DNA of 64,000 nt from Chloroflexota bacterium (GCA_043754535.1 JAYUUN010000128.1:45100-109099), one strand, 5' to 3'. Shown: positions 45,250-55,217, numbered from the stretch's first letter. Notes: generated by a model not told the origin, from the letters alone. A program made the numbers and translations.

Positions 45250-45846
45250 ATGGCAGATGAGGGAGCAGCCAGCCCCGCCCTGGAAGGGGCTATTGAGGGG
45301 CTGTACGAGGATGAGGGGTTGCGCTCGAACTTGAGCGACGACGAGGCGAACATCTTGCTCGGCTGGGGCGAACAGCAGCTAACCGCCGCTGCTGACCCCG
45401 CTGCGGCGAAGGGGGCGGTGCAGGCCACGATCAAGGCGGTCAACGGCTTGGTGGGCGAACGGGCCAACCTTGATGGCAATGGTCTGGCGGCGGCAATCGC
45501 GGCGGTAGTCAGCAGCGCAGGCGGCATAGGCGATGGTAAGGCACTGGCGGCGGAGAGCTTGAAGCTGGATAATGCCACCTTCATCAACAAGCTGCTGCCC
45601 CTGCTCACTACGCAGGCCAGCCCGCCGCCATCGCCAGCCACAAGCAACCAGCAACCAGACCAACTGATCCAGGCGATCCAGGCTGCTGTCGCCAAAACCC
45701 AGGCGGTTGCGGCGCAAGCTAGCCAGGTGGAGGCGAAGGAGATAGCCGCCACCCCAGTGCGAACGCAGCCGCCACCGCCAGCCAGCCACCACCAGCCCAG
45801 CCTGCGCGAACGCCTGGGCGGCTGGCTCAGGAGAGGGAGAAGGTAG
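45250..45846 (+). CDS. hypothetical protein (acidic N-terminus, Ala-rich middle, Pro/Gln-rich basic C-terminus)
   Basis: MADEGAASPALEGAIEGLYEDEGLRSNLSDDEANILLGWGEQQL looks like a real protein. The antisense 257-aa ORF is Arg/Trp/Cys-rich, which marks it as a shadow ORF. Confidence 0.55.
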   Translation: MADEGAASPALEGAIEGLYEDEGLRSNLSDDEANILLGWGEQQLTAAADPAAAKGAVQATIKAVNGLVGERANLDGNGLAAAIAAVVSSAGGIGDGKALAAESLKLDNATFINKLLPLLTTQASPPPSPATSNQQPDQLIQAIQAAVAKTQAVAAQASQVEAKEIAATPVRTQPPPPASHHQPSLRERLGGWLRRGRR

Positions 45847-45849
45847 CCA

Positions 45850-47115
45850 GTGAGTAGCAGATCGCCAAAGCGACCCAGTCGCAAGGATCAGCCGGAGCAG
45901 CTTGATGTGCAGCAAGTGGTGCGGGCAGCGCAGAGTCTTGGCCTGCCCGCCTGGGTGTGGGCGGTAGTCGCTCTGCTCGTCGCCCTCGCCATCGCTGCCT
46001 TCCTCTTTGCCAGCAGCAAGCAGAACAAGCCGCTAGCTGGGCCGAACGCTACCGCCACCGCTGCCCAGCGGCCCACAGGCAATGACAGCGGGCCGTTGGC
46101 CGGGGGGCAGATTACAGTGGGCTTTACCCAGCCCACTTACCCAGAGAAGCCCGCCAACCACATCCACACCCTGGACACGAAGCTAACCGACTTCATCAAT
46201 ACGGCGCAGCAGAGCGTGGACATTGCAATCTACCAGCTTGACCTGCCGGATGTGACGCAGGCTCTACTTGACGCGAAGGGGCGCGGCTGCACAGTGCGGG
46301 CCGTGACCGACATTGACATCCTCAACGATCCGAAGGAGAACCCCAGCTTCAAGCAGTTGCAGCAGGTGGGGGTCAAGGTGGTGGGCGGCAACCCCAATGC
46401 GATCATGCACGATAAGTTCGTGGTCGTGGATGGGCAGGCGGTCTGGACTGGCTCGTGGAACTTCACCAACAACGACACCTTTCGCTACAATAACAACGGC
46501 CTGATCCTCAAGTCGCCCGCCCTGGCCGCCAACTATACTGTCACCTTCGAGAAGATGTGGCGCGACAACAAGTTCGGCGCACAGCGCAAGCCGGGTGGCA
46601 CTACCCCGCAGTTGGTGATCGGCGGCGTGCCAGTCGCCAGCTACTTCGCCCCGGAGGACAATGTGGCCGAGAAGATCGTGGCGAAGTTGGAGGGGGCGCA
46701 GACTTCTATAGAGTTCATGGCCTTCTCTTTCACCGACGACAACATCGGGGCGACTTTGCTGGCAAAGGCGAAGGCGGGTGTGGCTGTGCGCGGCGTATTC
46801 GAGACGACCGGCTCTGACACACGCTTCAGCGAGTACGGCAAGTTGATGAAGGCTGGGCTGGATGTGCGACAGGACGGCAATCCCTACCTGATGCACCACA
46901 AAGTCTTCATCATAGATGGCAAGACGGCGATCATCGGCTCGTTCAACTTCTCCGAGAACGCCGAGAAGTCGAACGATGAGAATCTGCTGATCATAGACGA
47001 CCCCGCCATTGCCGCTCAGTTCAGTAACGAGTTTGGCCGCGTCTACGAGCAGGCGCGCAATCGGGCGACGAAAGGCGTGGCTCCCACTGAAGGCAGCGGA
47101 GCCGAACAACCTTAA
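45850..47115 (+). CDS. membrane-anchored phospholipase D-family protein with two HKD motifs
   Basis: N-terminal TM helix (WVWAVVALLVALAIAAFLF). HKD-1 is HDKFVVVDG...GSWNFT and HKD-2 is HHKVFIIDG...GSFNFSENA. GTG start lies 3 nt after the upstream stop. Confidence 0.85.
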   Translation: MSSRSPKRPSRKDQPEQLDVQQVVRAAQSLGLPAWVWAVVALLVALAIAAFLFASSKQNKPLAGPNATATAAQRPTGNDSGPLAGGQITVGFTQPTYPEKPANHIHTLDTKLTDFINTAQQSVDIAIYQLDLPDVTQALLDAKGRGCTVRAVTDIDILNDPKENPSFKQLQQVGVKVVGGNPNAIMHDKFVVVDGQAVWTGSWNFTNNDTFRYNNNGLILKSPALAANYTVTFEKMWRDNKFGAQRKPGGTTPQLVIGGVPVASYFAPEDNVAEKIVAKLEGAQTSIEFMAFSFTDDNIGATLLAKAKAGVAVRGVFETTGSDTRFSEYGKLMKAGLDVRQDGNPYLMHHKVFIIDGKTAIIGSFNFSENAEKSNDENLLIIDDPAIAAQFSNEFGRVYEQARNRATKGVAPTEGSGAEQP

Positions 47116-47133
47116 TCTTACTCTACCTGCCAA

Positions 47134-47751
47134 TCAAACCGCCCGGTAGAGGCTCTCTGCCGCGATGTAGGCGATCACCGCATCTGGTAGCTGGTAGCGG
47201 ATCGAGAGGAGAGCAGCCACTCGGCGGCGTAGCTCGGTCGAACTGATGTCGAGCAGGGGGCCGTCGGTGAGGATGGTAACTCGTTCGTGGGCGGAGGGCA
47301 GAGCAGCGTACAACTGGCTGAAGTCGAGGCTGTTGCCAGGGCGGATCAGCCCAACCATGTGAGCCAGTTCGAGGATGCGGCCCGGTTCGCGCCAGCGAGT
47401 CAGTTTCGCCAACGCATCTATACCAATGATGAAGTAGAGTTCACTGTCTGGCATATCAGCGTGTAGGCGAGCGAGCAGGTCAACGCTGTAGGAGGGGCTA
47501 CACTCCAGGTCGCGTTCACTAACCGCGAAGTGGGGATTGTTCTGTACAGCCAGGTGAGTCATTGCCAGGCGGTGGCGGGCGGGGCTGGTGGGCCGATCTG
47601 CTTTGAGGGGATTGCCAGCGGCGGGGGCGAAGATCACCTGGGCCAGACCCAGGCGCACCCTTGCTTCCTCGGCAATAGCAAGGTGGGCATAGTGTGGTGG
47701 GTCGAAGGTGCCTCCCAAGATGCCGACTCTGCGCGGCGCGAGCGCAGTCAC
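47134..47751 (-). CDS. nadD: nicotinate-nucleotide adenylyltransferase
   Basis: GILGGTFDPPHYAHL motif. GTGA start/stop overlap with the upstream mscS-like gene. Confidence 0.9.
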   Translation of the reverse strand: MTALAPRRVGILGGTFDPPHYAHLAIAEEARVRLGLAQVIFAPAAGNPLKADRPTSPARHRLAMTHLAVQNNPHFAVSERDLECSPSYSVDLLARLHADMPDSELYFIIGIDALAKLTRWREPGRILELAHMVGLIRPGNSLDFSQLYAALPSAHERVTILTDGPLLDISSTELRRRVAALLSIRYQLPDAVIAYIAAESLYRAV

Positions 47752-48518
47752 TTCAGCACGATCTCGGCGGCAGGGAACTCGCGGCTGACAGCGGCCACCA
47801 CTGCCGGGCCGACTACCACGCTGGCTGCCGTCCAGTAGGTAACACGCAGTTTGAGACCGTTGATCGTAATGCTGTCCACGGTGGTCTGGGGGCTGGGGCT
47901 GACGGCGATCTGCTCGAACCCAGCCAGCACCTTGGTCACCCGCGCCAGTGCCTCGTCCAGCGGCAGGTGGTTGGTCGTAATCTCCAGTTGATCCTGCTGC
48001 AAGTTGTAGATGCTCTCGTTAGTCATGATCTCGTTGAACACCACGCTGTTCGGCACGATCACCTGCGTACCTTGCTCGGTACGCAGCAATGTTGTGCGCA
48101 ACTCCACTGCCTGCACTGTCCCGCTGATCTCCCTGACCCGCACGCTGTCACCGATCCTGAAAGGCCGCTCGATCAGCAGGTAGAGACCGGCCACGAAGTT
48201 ACGCAATACATCTTGCAAGGCGAGGGTAAGGGCGAGGCTGATCGCGCTGAGGAGGGTAAGCAGGCCGCCGCTGTCTACCCCGAAGATACTGAGGATGATC
48301 ATGGTGCCGACTACTAGCAGGCCTACGCGAGCGAGGTTGCCAAGCAGGGTCGCCAGGTTGATGCTGAAGCGTCGACCAGCCAGCTTGAGGATTAGCCGCT
48401 GAACCAGGCGGGCCAGCAGGACGACGATCAGCAGCACCAATGCTGCCTTGAGCAGGTTGAGCAGCAGCAGCACAGCCTGGTTGCGGAGGTCGTCGAAGGT
48501 GGGCAGGGTCGAGGGCAA
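47748..48518 (-). CDS. small-conductance mechanosensitive channel (MscS family)
   Basis: TM3 and beta-domain sequence LALTLALQDVLRNFVAGLYLLIERPFRIGDSVRV..ISGTVQAVELRTT. TTG 48518 lies 6 nt after AGGAGG. The track ATG 48731 would overlap the upstream HAD gene. Confidence 0.8.
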   Translation of the reverse strand: MPSTLPTFDDLRNQAVLLLLNLLKAALVLLIVVLLARLVQRLILKLAGRRFSINLATLLGNLARVGLLVVGTMIILSIFGVDSGGLLTLLSAISLALTLALQDVLRNFVAGLYLLIERPFRIGDSVRVREISGTVQAVELRTTLLRTEQGTQVIVPNSVVFNEIMTNESIYNLQQDQLEITTNHLPLDEALARVTKVLAGFEQIAVSPSPQTTVDSITINGLKLRVTYWTAASVVVGPAVVAAVSREFPAAEIVLK

Positions 48519-48528
48519 GAGGAGCCTC

Positions 48529-49032
48529 CTAGACGAGGGCCAGCACCTGCCGCAGGTCGGTGATCTCTGTCCCCTTCTGGCGGAAGGCAACCCCCACACG
48601 CTCGGCCTGTTCGCGGTGGCCGCGGCGGGGGTCATCATCCACAAAGACCGCCTCACTCGGCTGCACGCCAAGCTGCTGCACGATAGCGCGCAGCATATGC
48701 TCTTTGTCGGGGTTCCACTCGGCTGCCACATAGTTGAAGTAGGGTTCGAGCCGCCATGCCTTGAGCGCGCTGTTGATCGGGCTGGGGTGGTTCCAGGTGC
48801 AGAGGGCGACCAGCACCCCGCGCTCCTTGAGGGCAGCCAGCACCTCGCGCGCTTCGGGGTAGAGTTCTACGCGCTTGTCGTCGCTGCGGATGATCAACGT
48901 GCTGTCGTCAGCGGCGAAGCGCAGACCATTGTCGCCCTCCATGTCGGTCGCCCCATTATCAGAGATGCCCACCCCATCCGGCCCCTGCCAGAGCGTCTCA
49001 TCACCATCAAAGATCACCAGCTTGTAGACCAA
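48529..49032 (-). CDS. HAD-superfamily phosphatase (magnesium-dependent phosphatase-1-like)
   Basis: Motif I VIFDGDETLW. Small cap-less HAD layout of 167 aa. Confidence 0.7.
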   Translation of the reverse strand: MVYKLVIFDGDETLWQGPDGVGISDNGATDMEGDNGLRFAADDSTLIIRSDDKRVELYPEAREVLAALKERGVLVALCTWNHPSPINSALKAWRLEPYFNYVAAEWNPDKEHMLRAIVQQLGVQPSEAVFVDDDPRRGHREQAERVGVAFRQKGTEITDLRQVLALV

Positions 49033-49127
49033 AGTACGTCCCTCCCCACCTGTTTTGTGGCACCGCCGTCTGTGCTGCTATTATAACACCAAACGTACCC
49101 TGATCGTAAACACGTTTGCTGTTAACT

Positions 49128-49595
49128 TCACCGGGCGCAGGCGGCAAAGAAGTCACGCAGCACGCGACTGGCGGTCTCGTAGTGGGCCTGCTGGACGAAG
49201 ATGTGGTCGGTGGAATAGGCAGAGACGACGTAGAGCGGCACCCCCGCTGCGGCCAGCAGGCTGGCAAGCGGGGCGAGGTAGCCAAACACGTCCAGTGGCA
49301 CTGTCACGCGTAGGGTCAGCCGCCGCCAGCCCTCCTCCTGCCCCTGCTGCTCGAACTCGTAGCTGGCAGCCAACCGCCGCCACATTGCGCTGGCGAGCAG
49401 CACACTGACCTCTTGTGGCTCGACCATGATCGCTAGCGGCTCGCCACTGTATTCGTCGCCACCGTACTCGGCGAGGGCAGCCAACACGGTGCCGCGTTTA
49501 CTCAGCGGCAGCTTCACCAGCGTATACTCTAGTGCGTCGCTCTCCAACTGGGTGGCGGCAAATAGGGCGCGCAGTCTCGGCTCAAGCTCGCTCAC
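49128..49595 (-). CDS. ACT-domain protein (tandem ACT-like, unknown ligand)
   Basis: The C-terminal PLYVVSAYSTDHIFVQQAHYETA pattern is typical of ACT_7-type proteins. GTG 49595 lies 5 nt after AAGGAGG. Confidence 0.55.
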   Translation of the reverse strand: MSELEPRLRALFAATQLESDALEYTLVKLPLSKRGTVLAALAEYGGDEYSGEPLAIMVEPQEVSVLLASAMWRRLAASYEFEQQGQEEGWRRLTLRVTVPLDVFGYLAPLASLLAAAGVPLYVVSAYSTDHIFVQQAHYETASRVLRDFFAACAR

Positions 49596-49662
49596 TGCAT
49601 CCTCCTTGCACCAGGCCAAAACTACGCTGCCTCACCACCATGTCTACTGCGCTCTTAATGGT

Positions 49663-51000
49663 TCAGGCCGCCGACTTCAAATCTTCATTGGTCAGCAGCA
49701 GCGGCGGGTGCTTGCCCTCGATCACCCCGCCGTCCACCACGCACTGGCGGATACCCTCCAGCGAGGGTATGTCGTACATAACATTGAGCAGTACTTCCTC
49801 AATCGTGCTACGCAGGCCACGTGCGCCGGTGCGCTGGTGCAGGGCTTTGTCGGCGGTGGCGAAGATCGCGTCGTCGGTAAAGATCAACTCTACCTTGTCC
49901 AGCAGGAAGAACTTCTGGTACTGGCGGATGATCGCGTTCTTCGGCTCGACCAGGATACGCATCAGCATCTCGCGGTCAAGCGGTTGCAGAGCGACGTGGA
50001 TAGGTAGGCGACCGATGAACTCTGGGATCAAGCCGTACTGCAAGAGGTCGTCGGGGATCGTCTGCTGCAAGAGGGCAGCAGACTGCTGTTCGCGCTCCAA
50101 CTCGCTTGGCACGCGGCTGAAGCCCACCGACTTGTGCGCACCCACCCGCTTGCCCACGATCTCGTCCAGCCCCTCAAACGCGCCGCCACAGATAAAGAGG
50201 ATGTTGGCGGTATCAATCGTGATAAACTCCTGGTGCGGATGCTTGCGACCTGTCTGCGGCGGCACGTGGGCAACCGTCCCCTCCACGATTTTGAGCAGAG
50301 CCTGCTGCACCCCTTCGCCGCTCACATCACGGGTGATCGAAGGGTTGCCACCACCCTTGCGTGCGATCTTGTCGATCTCGTCAATGTAGATAATACCACG
50401 CTGAGCGCGGGCTACATCGAACTCGGCGGCCTGCAAGAGACGCAGCAGGATCGTCTCCACATCTTCACCAACATAGCCAGCCTCGGTTAGAGCGGTTGCG
50501 TCAGCAATGGCAAAAGGTACATCCAGAATGCGGGCGAGGGTTTGAGCAAGCATCGTCTTACCACTACCAGTCGGCCCGACGATCAGGATGTTGCTTTTTT
50601 GCAACTCCACGTCGTCGCCCGGCTTAACGTTGGCATTGACCCGCTTGTAGTGGTTGTAGACCGCGACGCTGAGTACCTTCTTGGCCCGCTCCTGGCCGAT
50701 CACGTACTGGCTGAGCAACTCGAACAGGCGATGGGGTGGGGGCAGGCGGCGAGCGTTGAGGTCGTTCGGCTTATTGCCTTGCCAACCCTGCTTCTCCTCC
50801 TCGATGATCTCGCGGCAGAGTTCTATACACTCGTCGCAGATGTAGACCTCTGTTGGGCCAACCCGTTCGCTGCGCACATAGACCTCGGTGGGGCCGCTAG
50901 CGATTAGCTTGCCAACCTCATCCTGCCCCTTGTGGCAGAAGCAGCAATAGTAGTTGGGGGTAACAATTCGGCTGTTGTTGCCGCTGCGATTGGTCGGCAT
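49663..51000 (-). CDS. clpX: ATP-dependent Clp protease ATP-binding subunit ClpX
   Basis: Zinc-binding domain CCFC...CDEC, Walker A GPTGSGKT, Walker [11 protein letters not shown], and IGF-like loop region. ATG 51000 follows GAGGAAAG. No clpP gene is adjacent. Confidence 0.95.
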   Translation of the reverse strand: MPTNRSGNNSRIVTPNYYCCFCHKGQDEVGKLIASGPTEVYVRSERVGPTEVYICDECIELCREIIEEEKQGWQGNKPNDLNARRLPPPHRLFELLSQYVIGQERAKKVLSVAVYNHYKRVNANVKPGDDVELQKSNILIVGPTGSGKTMLAQTLARILDVPFAIADATALTEAGYVGEDVETILLRLLQAAEFDVARAQRGIIYIDEIDKIARKGGGNPSITRDVSGEGVQQALLKIVEGTVAHVPPQTGRKHPHQEFITIDTANILFICGGAFEGLDEIVGKRVGAHKSVGFSRVPSELEREQQSAALLQQTIPDDLLQYGLIPEFIGRLPIHVALQPLDREMLMRILVEPKNAIIRQYQKFFLLDKVELIFTDDAIFATADKALHQRTGARGLRSTIEEVLLNVMYDIPSLEGIRQCVVDGGVIEGKHPPLLLTNEDLKSAA

Positions 51001-51063
51001 AGGGCTTTCCTCAATACTGGCGTTGGGCGGGTGGCGTGGTTGCGCGCACTTCTGTTCGTGCGA

Positions 51064-51092
51064 ATTATACACCGTCTGATCCGCCGATGCAA
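51064..51092 (-). promoter_or_regulatory. sigma-70 promoter of clpX (TTGCAT-17 nt-TATAAT)
   Basis: Reverse complement of attata at 51064-51069 and of atgcaa at 51087-51092. Confidence 0.6.
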
Positions 51093-51250
51093 CTGGAACA
51101 GGAAGTGGAACAAAGCTAGAACAGAGCCGCCGCATTGCCACCACGCCTGACCCCGCTGCTGCTGGCTGGGTGCCACCTTCGCCTGCCAGCAACCTTTCGA
51201 CCCCATATGGTACAATTAGACCAAACAGCGAGCGCATAGAGGAGGCCGAG

Positions 51251-53011
51251 ATGGTAGCTGCGGCAAGCAAGGTGCAATGGCAAGAATGGGGGGCGGCTGC
51301 CTTCGCGCAGGCCGAGCGTGAGGGCAAGCCGGTGCTGCTGGCTATCAGCGCGGTCTGGTGCCACTGGTGCCATGTGATGGATCGCGGTACCTACGGCGAC
51401 GAGCAGATCGCCGCCTACATCAACGCCCATTACGTGGCGATCCGAGTGGACAATGACCAGCGACCAGACATCAACGACCGCTACAACCAGGGTGGCTGGC
51501 CCACTACCGCCTTCCTCACTGCCGAGGGGGAGATACTGAGCGGAGCTACCTACCTGCCGCCAGAGCAAATGCAGCAGGTTCTTGAGCAGGTATATACCTA
51601 CTACAGCCAGAACCGTGAGCAGTTGCGCGAGCAGGTGGCCGCCCTGATTGCCCACCAACAGGAGCATCTGGCCCAGCCAGGTGGCAAGGCTGATGCGCTA
51701 CTCTCGGCGGAGATGATAGCCCAGGTGCTGAACGACGCAGGGCAACGCTACGACGCGCAGTTTGGCGGTTGGAGTGGGGGGGGCGGCACCAAGTTCCCCC
51801 ACAACGAAACCGTCGCCCTCGTTCTCAGCCAATTCTGGCATAGCGGTGAACAGCACTGGGCGGCGGTGTTGCGTAAGACGCTCGACGGCATGGCTGATCA
51901 GGGGATGTATGACCACGTAGAGGGCGGCTTCTTCCGCTACTCGACCGACCGCCAGTGGCGCGTCCCCCACTTTGAGAAGATGGGCGAGGATCACGCGGGC
52001 CTGCTGCACAACTACGTTGCTGCCAGCCTGCTGCTCGACCCCCGCTACGGCACGGTTGCGCTCGATGCGATCCGCTACCTCGACAGCACCCTGACCGACC
52101 AGCAACAGGGCGGCTTCTACGGCAGCCAGGACGCGGACGAGGAGTATTACGCGCTTGACCAGGCAGGCCGCAGCGGACTACAAGCTCCTTACGTTGACCG
52201 CCGCATCTACACAGCCTGGAGCAGCGCGCTGGCCGCCAGCTACTTCTTCGCCGCCGCTGCCCTCGACCACCCACAGCTTGCCGAGTTTGCCCGCAAGACG
52301 ATTGATCGTCACCTGCAAGAGCTACGCACCTCCGACGGTGCCATGTACCACAACCTCTCGCTCGCTGGTCTGCCGCTCGGCACGGGATTGCTGGACGACC
52401 AGGTGAGTATGGGTGAGGGGTTGCTCGCTGCCTACAGCTACACGGGGGTACGCAGCTACCTGCTAGCGGCCCGCGAACTGGCTGACTGGCTGGCCGCCCA
52501 TCTGTACGACGCGGCGGGTGGTGGCTTCTACGACCGGATCGACGACGAGCCGCTGGGCAGATTGCGCTACCGCCTCAAGCCCCTGGCCGAGAACGCCCGC
52601 GCCGCAGACTTCCTGCTGCGCCTCTACCACCTCAGCGGTGACGAACGCTACAGCGCACTGGCCCTGGGCAGCCTGCGTGCCTTCAGCGAGGAATACCAGT
52701 CGCTCGGCTTCTTCGCCGCAGGCTATGCCACTGCCGTCGAACACGCCCTCAGCTATCCAACCCATGTCGTGGTCGTCGGCCCACCACAGGCCGCCGCCAC
52801 TCGCGCTCTGACCCTGGCTGCCCTCGGCAGCTACCACCCCTGGCTGCTGGTGCAGACCCTCGACCCTGCCGACGCTGCCGACGCAGAGTTGATCGCCCAG
52901 GGTGGCTACCCGGCCAGCGAGGTGCCGCAAGCCTACCTTTGTGTCGGCCAGACCTGCTCCGCACCGATTGCCGAAGCGGTAGCCCTGCGCGAAGCTCTGG
53001 CTAAGAAGTAG
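51251..53011 (+). CDS. DUF255 thioredoxin-fold protein fused to an alpha/alpha-toroid domain (YyaL / SSP411-like)
   Basis: N-terminal [19 protein letters not shown] and a long C-terminal six-hairpin-like region. ATG 51251 follows GAGGAGG. Confidence 0.8.
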   Translation: MVAAASKVQWQEWGAAAFAQAEREGKPVLLAISAVWCHWCHVMDRGTYGDEQIAAYINAHYVAIRVDNDQRPDINDRYNQGGWPTTAFLTAEGEILSGATYLPPEQMQQVLEQVYTYYSQNREQLREQVAALIAHQQEHLAQPGGKADALLSAEMIAQVLNDAGQRYDAQFGGWSGGGGTKFPHNETVALVLSQFWHSGEQHWAAVLRKTLDGMADQGMYDHVEGGFFRYSTDRQWRVPHFEKMGEDHAGLLHNYVAASLLLDPRYGTVALDAIRYLDSTLTDQQQGGFYGSQDADEEYYALDQAGRSGLQAPYVDRRIYTAWSSALAASYFFAAAALDHPQLAEFARKTIDRHLQELRTSDGAMYHNLSLAGLPLGTGLLDDQVSMGEGLLAAYSYTGVRSYLLAARELADWLAAHLYDAAGGGFYDRIDDEPLGRLRYRLKPLAENARAADFLLRLYHLSGDERYSALALGSLRAFSEEYQSLGFFAAGYATAVEHALSYPTHVVVVGPPQAAATRALTLAALGSYHPWLLVQTLDPADAADAELIAQGGYPASEVPQAYLCVGQTCSAPIAEAVALREALAKK

Positions 53012-53044
53012 AATAATTTGGCAGGGCAGAAAGGATGAGATGAA

Positions 53045-53512
53045 ATGGATAGAAGCACATCGAAGCCCTCCACAGATGGTGTTCTGCTGCGCGAAGTGAG
53101 CGAAGCCGACCTGCCGATCTTCTTTGCCCAGCAGCTAGACCCAGAGGCAACCCAGATGGCTGATTTCCCCGCCAGAGACGAGGCTGCATTCATGGCGCAC
53201 TGGGCCAAGATACTGCGGAACGAACAGGTGATCGCCCGCACCATTCTGTTCGATGGGGCGGTGGCGGGCAATATCGGCAGCTTTGAGCAGGACGGTCAGC
53301 GTCAAGTTGGCTACTGGTTGGGCAGGGAGTATTGGGCTAGAGGGGTTGCTAGCAAAGCCCTGGCCGCTTTTCTCGCTCAGCTAGCAACCCGCCCGCTCTA
53401 CGCTCATGTTGTCAAGCACAACGTCGCTTCGCAGCGGGTGTTGCAGAAGTGTGGGTTCGCGCTCCTGCCTGAGGAGGAGGGCGACGAGTTCATCTTTATA
53501 CTAGAAGCGTAG
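53045..53512 (+). CDS. GNAT-family N-acetyltransferase
   Basis: 155 aa. Acetyl-CoA-binding segment YWARGVASKALAAFL, with NVASQRVLQKCGF. Confidence 0.75.
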   Translation: MDRSTSKPSTDGVLLREVSEADLPIFFAQQLDPEATQMADFPARDEAAFMAHWAKILRNEQVIARTILFDGAVAGNIGSFEQDGQRQVGYWLGREYWARGVASKALAAFLAQLATRPLYAHVVKHNVASQRVLQKCGFALLPEEEGDEFIFILEA

Positions 53513-53570
53513 TGGCCGCTATTGGTAGCTTGCTCATCAAACCTTGTTTAGCAGCAAAGGAGCTTCCGCG

Positions 53571-53912
53571 TTGAACAATCAAGACGAGACCTGGAGCATC
53601 TACGTGCCGATGGAGGGCGTGGTCGCTTACCGACGGATCAGCGAACCAGACGAGTCGGAGCCGATGGTCGTTGTCCGCATGGGCGAACATACAGTTAACG
53701 ACTTGCTGCACAAGCGGGCGGCGGGTATGACTATCGGTGATGCGGTGATGAAGTTCAAGGAACTGCTGGTGCAGTGGGCTGGTGACGGCCTGGACGAGGC
53801 CCGCTACTACTGCGTCGGCGTGATGGCCGAGGTCACGCTGGCGGGCGAACTGAACGCGGTCGAGGTCGCCTTCCGCCGCCAGGTCGAGGGCGCACGCGAG
53901 GTGATGAACTAA
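53571..53912 (+). CDS. hypothetical protein (113 aa)
   Basis: TTG 53571 lies 8 nt after AAGGAG. No recognisable motif. Confidence 0.45.
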   Translation: MNNQDETWSIYVPMEGVVAYRRISEPDESEPMVVVRMGEHTVNDLLHKRAAGMTIGDAVMKFKELLVQWAGDGLDEARYYCVGVMAEVTLAGELNAVEVAFRRQVEGAREVMN

Positions 53913-53933
53913 GGGCGTTGCCGCAGCAACAGA

Positions 53934-54638
53934 ATGGTAAAGGCAAACAGAGTAATGAACGACTTGCGTAGTCTGATAGTGACAGCAATGAGCGGGGTAC
54001 TGATCCTGACCATGTTGCTGCTGATCGTGCAGCTATTTGTCAAGCTGACCCGCCTCTCCCGCACCGGCATCCGTACCAGCGGCAAGGTAGTGAGCATCAA
54101 GACCTGGAATACCTCACGCTATCGTCAGTATTACCCAGTAGTCGCATACGAGGCCAATCAGCAGCAGCTACGCTTTACCTCACAGCTTGGCAACCATTAC
54201 CAAACCAGACCGGTGGGCGAGGATGTTACCGTTGTCTACGACCCCAGTAACCCACGGCGAGCCGAAATCTACTCGTTGGGAGCGGCATGGGGTGGGGCAA
54301 CGCTGATCTCGCTGTTCTGCCTAATATCGATAGGGCTGGTTATTCTCAGCCTGTTCGTCTCCCGATCACGCGGTGGCGACATCGGGCTACCGATCTTCGC
54401 AGCATTCTGGTGCGGAATCACATACCTGATGGCCCGGATAGCGATGTACGGGCATGAGATCGCTGTTGATCAGCCAGCCACCAGCAAGAACAGGGTGGGA
54501 CAGCCGTACAGCCGACGCAAACGGCGCGAGCGGCTGAGCGCGCAGCGCAAGGATGAACTAAAGGATGAGGCGAAGGATGATGTGCTGAAAGATCAGCCGA
54601 AGGATGAGGCGAAGGATGATGTGCTGAAGCGAGAGTAA
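53934..54638 (+). CDS. DUF3592-like membrane protein with C-terminal KDEAKDDVL repeat
   Basis: A TM helix is followed by a beta-rich segment (SGKVVSIKTWNTSRYRQYYPVVAYEANQQQLRF...VGEDVTVVYDPSNPRRAEI) and then 2-3 more TM helices. This layout is typical of DUF3592. Confidence 0.65.
   Translation: MVKANRVMNDLRSLIVTAMSGVLILTMLLLIVQLFVKLTRLSRTGIRTSGKVVSIKTWNTSRYRQYYPVVAYEANQQQLRFTSQLGNHYQTRPVGEDVTVVYDPSNPRRAEIYSLGAAWGGATLISLFCLISIGLVILSLFVSRSRGGDIGLPIFAAFWCGITYLMARIAMYGHEIAVDQPATSKNRVGQPYSRRKRRERLSAQRKDELKDEAKDDVLKDQPKDEAKDDVLKRE
54561..54628 (+). repeat. perfect 29-nt direct repeat, period 39 nt, in-frame (KDEAKDDVLK x2)
   Basis: aaggatgaggcgaaggatgatgtgctgaa occurs at 54561-54589 and again at 54600-54628. 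Confidence 0.9.
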
Positions 54639-55217
54639 GTGAGCTGCTTGAAGAACGGGTTGGAGCATACAGTGGCAGAGGAAGACGAGTTGCTAACTGC
54701 ACCAGACGAACCTAAGCTCTCAGCGAAGGCCGAGCGGTGGATCAAGGTGGCGGCCTGGGTGCTGTCCGTCCCCCGCTTGATCATCATGGGGATCATCTCC
54801 CCCGTCCTGCTGGTCATCTGGCTGCTGCTGATGATCCGCGAAGCCGTGCTGAGCCTGAACGGCACACGAGCGTGGGAGCGGGAGCGTGACAAGTGGGGGT
54901 ACACGCTGTCGCTGCGGAGGGCTGATGCCGCTACCCGCCTTGAGGCCGCCCGCAAGTTGCGTGGCTACCCCGACCTGCATGCTGCGAGCAGCCTGATGCT
55001 TGGTCTGGGTGATGACGCTCCAATGGTACGCGCCGAGTGCGCTCGTACCCTCGCCTTCATCTACACCCAGTCCGCAGAGGTACAAGCCGGGGTGAACAAT
55101 GTGATCTTCGGCTTCCTCGTCCGCTTGCGCGACGACCCTGATGCGGAAGTGCGAGCGGCAGTAGCAGAGGCAGTGCATAGCATAGAGCAGTTCAACCAGG
55201 CACACCCACTGCCATGA
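54639..55217 (+). CDS. membrane-anchored HEAT-repeat protein
   Basis: GTG follows the upstream stop immediately. TM helices VAAWVLSVPRLIIMGIISPVLLVIWLLLMI. HEAT-like units LGDDAPMVRAECARTLAFI and LRDDPDAEVRAAVAEAV. Confidence 0.6.
   Translation: MSCLKNGLEHTVAEEDELLTAPDEPKLSAKAERWIKVAAWVLSVPRLIIMGIISPVLLVIWLLLMIREAVLSLNGTRAWERERDKWGYTLSLRRADAATRLEAARKLRGYPDLHAASSLMLGLGDDAPMVRAECARTLAFIYTQSAEVQAGVNNVIFGFLVRLRDDPDAEVRAAVAEAVHSIEQFNQAHPLP

Noticed and set aside
45111-45884. 257-aa minus-strand ORF opposite the 45250..45846 hypothetical gene
   Set aside because: Arg/Trp/Cys/Gly-rich and lacking an RBS. The plus-strand ORF has protein-like composition, a promoter element and tight coupling to the PLD gene. 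Neither strand has homology support, so this call is only moderately secure.
46264-47133. 289-aa minus-strand ORF antisense to the PLD gene
   Set aside because: Shadow ORF. The plus strand carries two intact HKD motifs.
51116-51667. 183-aa minus-strand ORF across the clpX/DUF255 intergenic region
   Set aside because: It overlaps two promoters and the 5' part of the well-supported DUF255 gene. Shadow-type composition.
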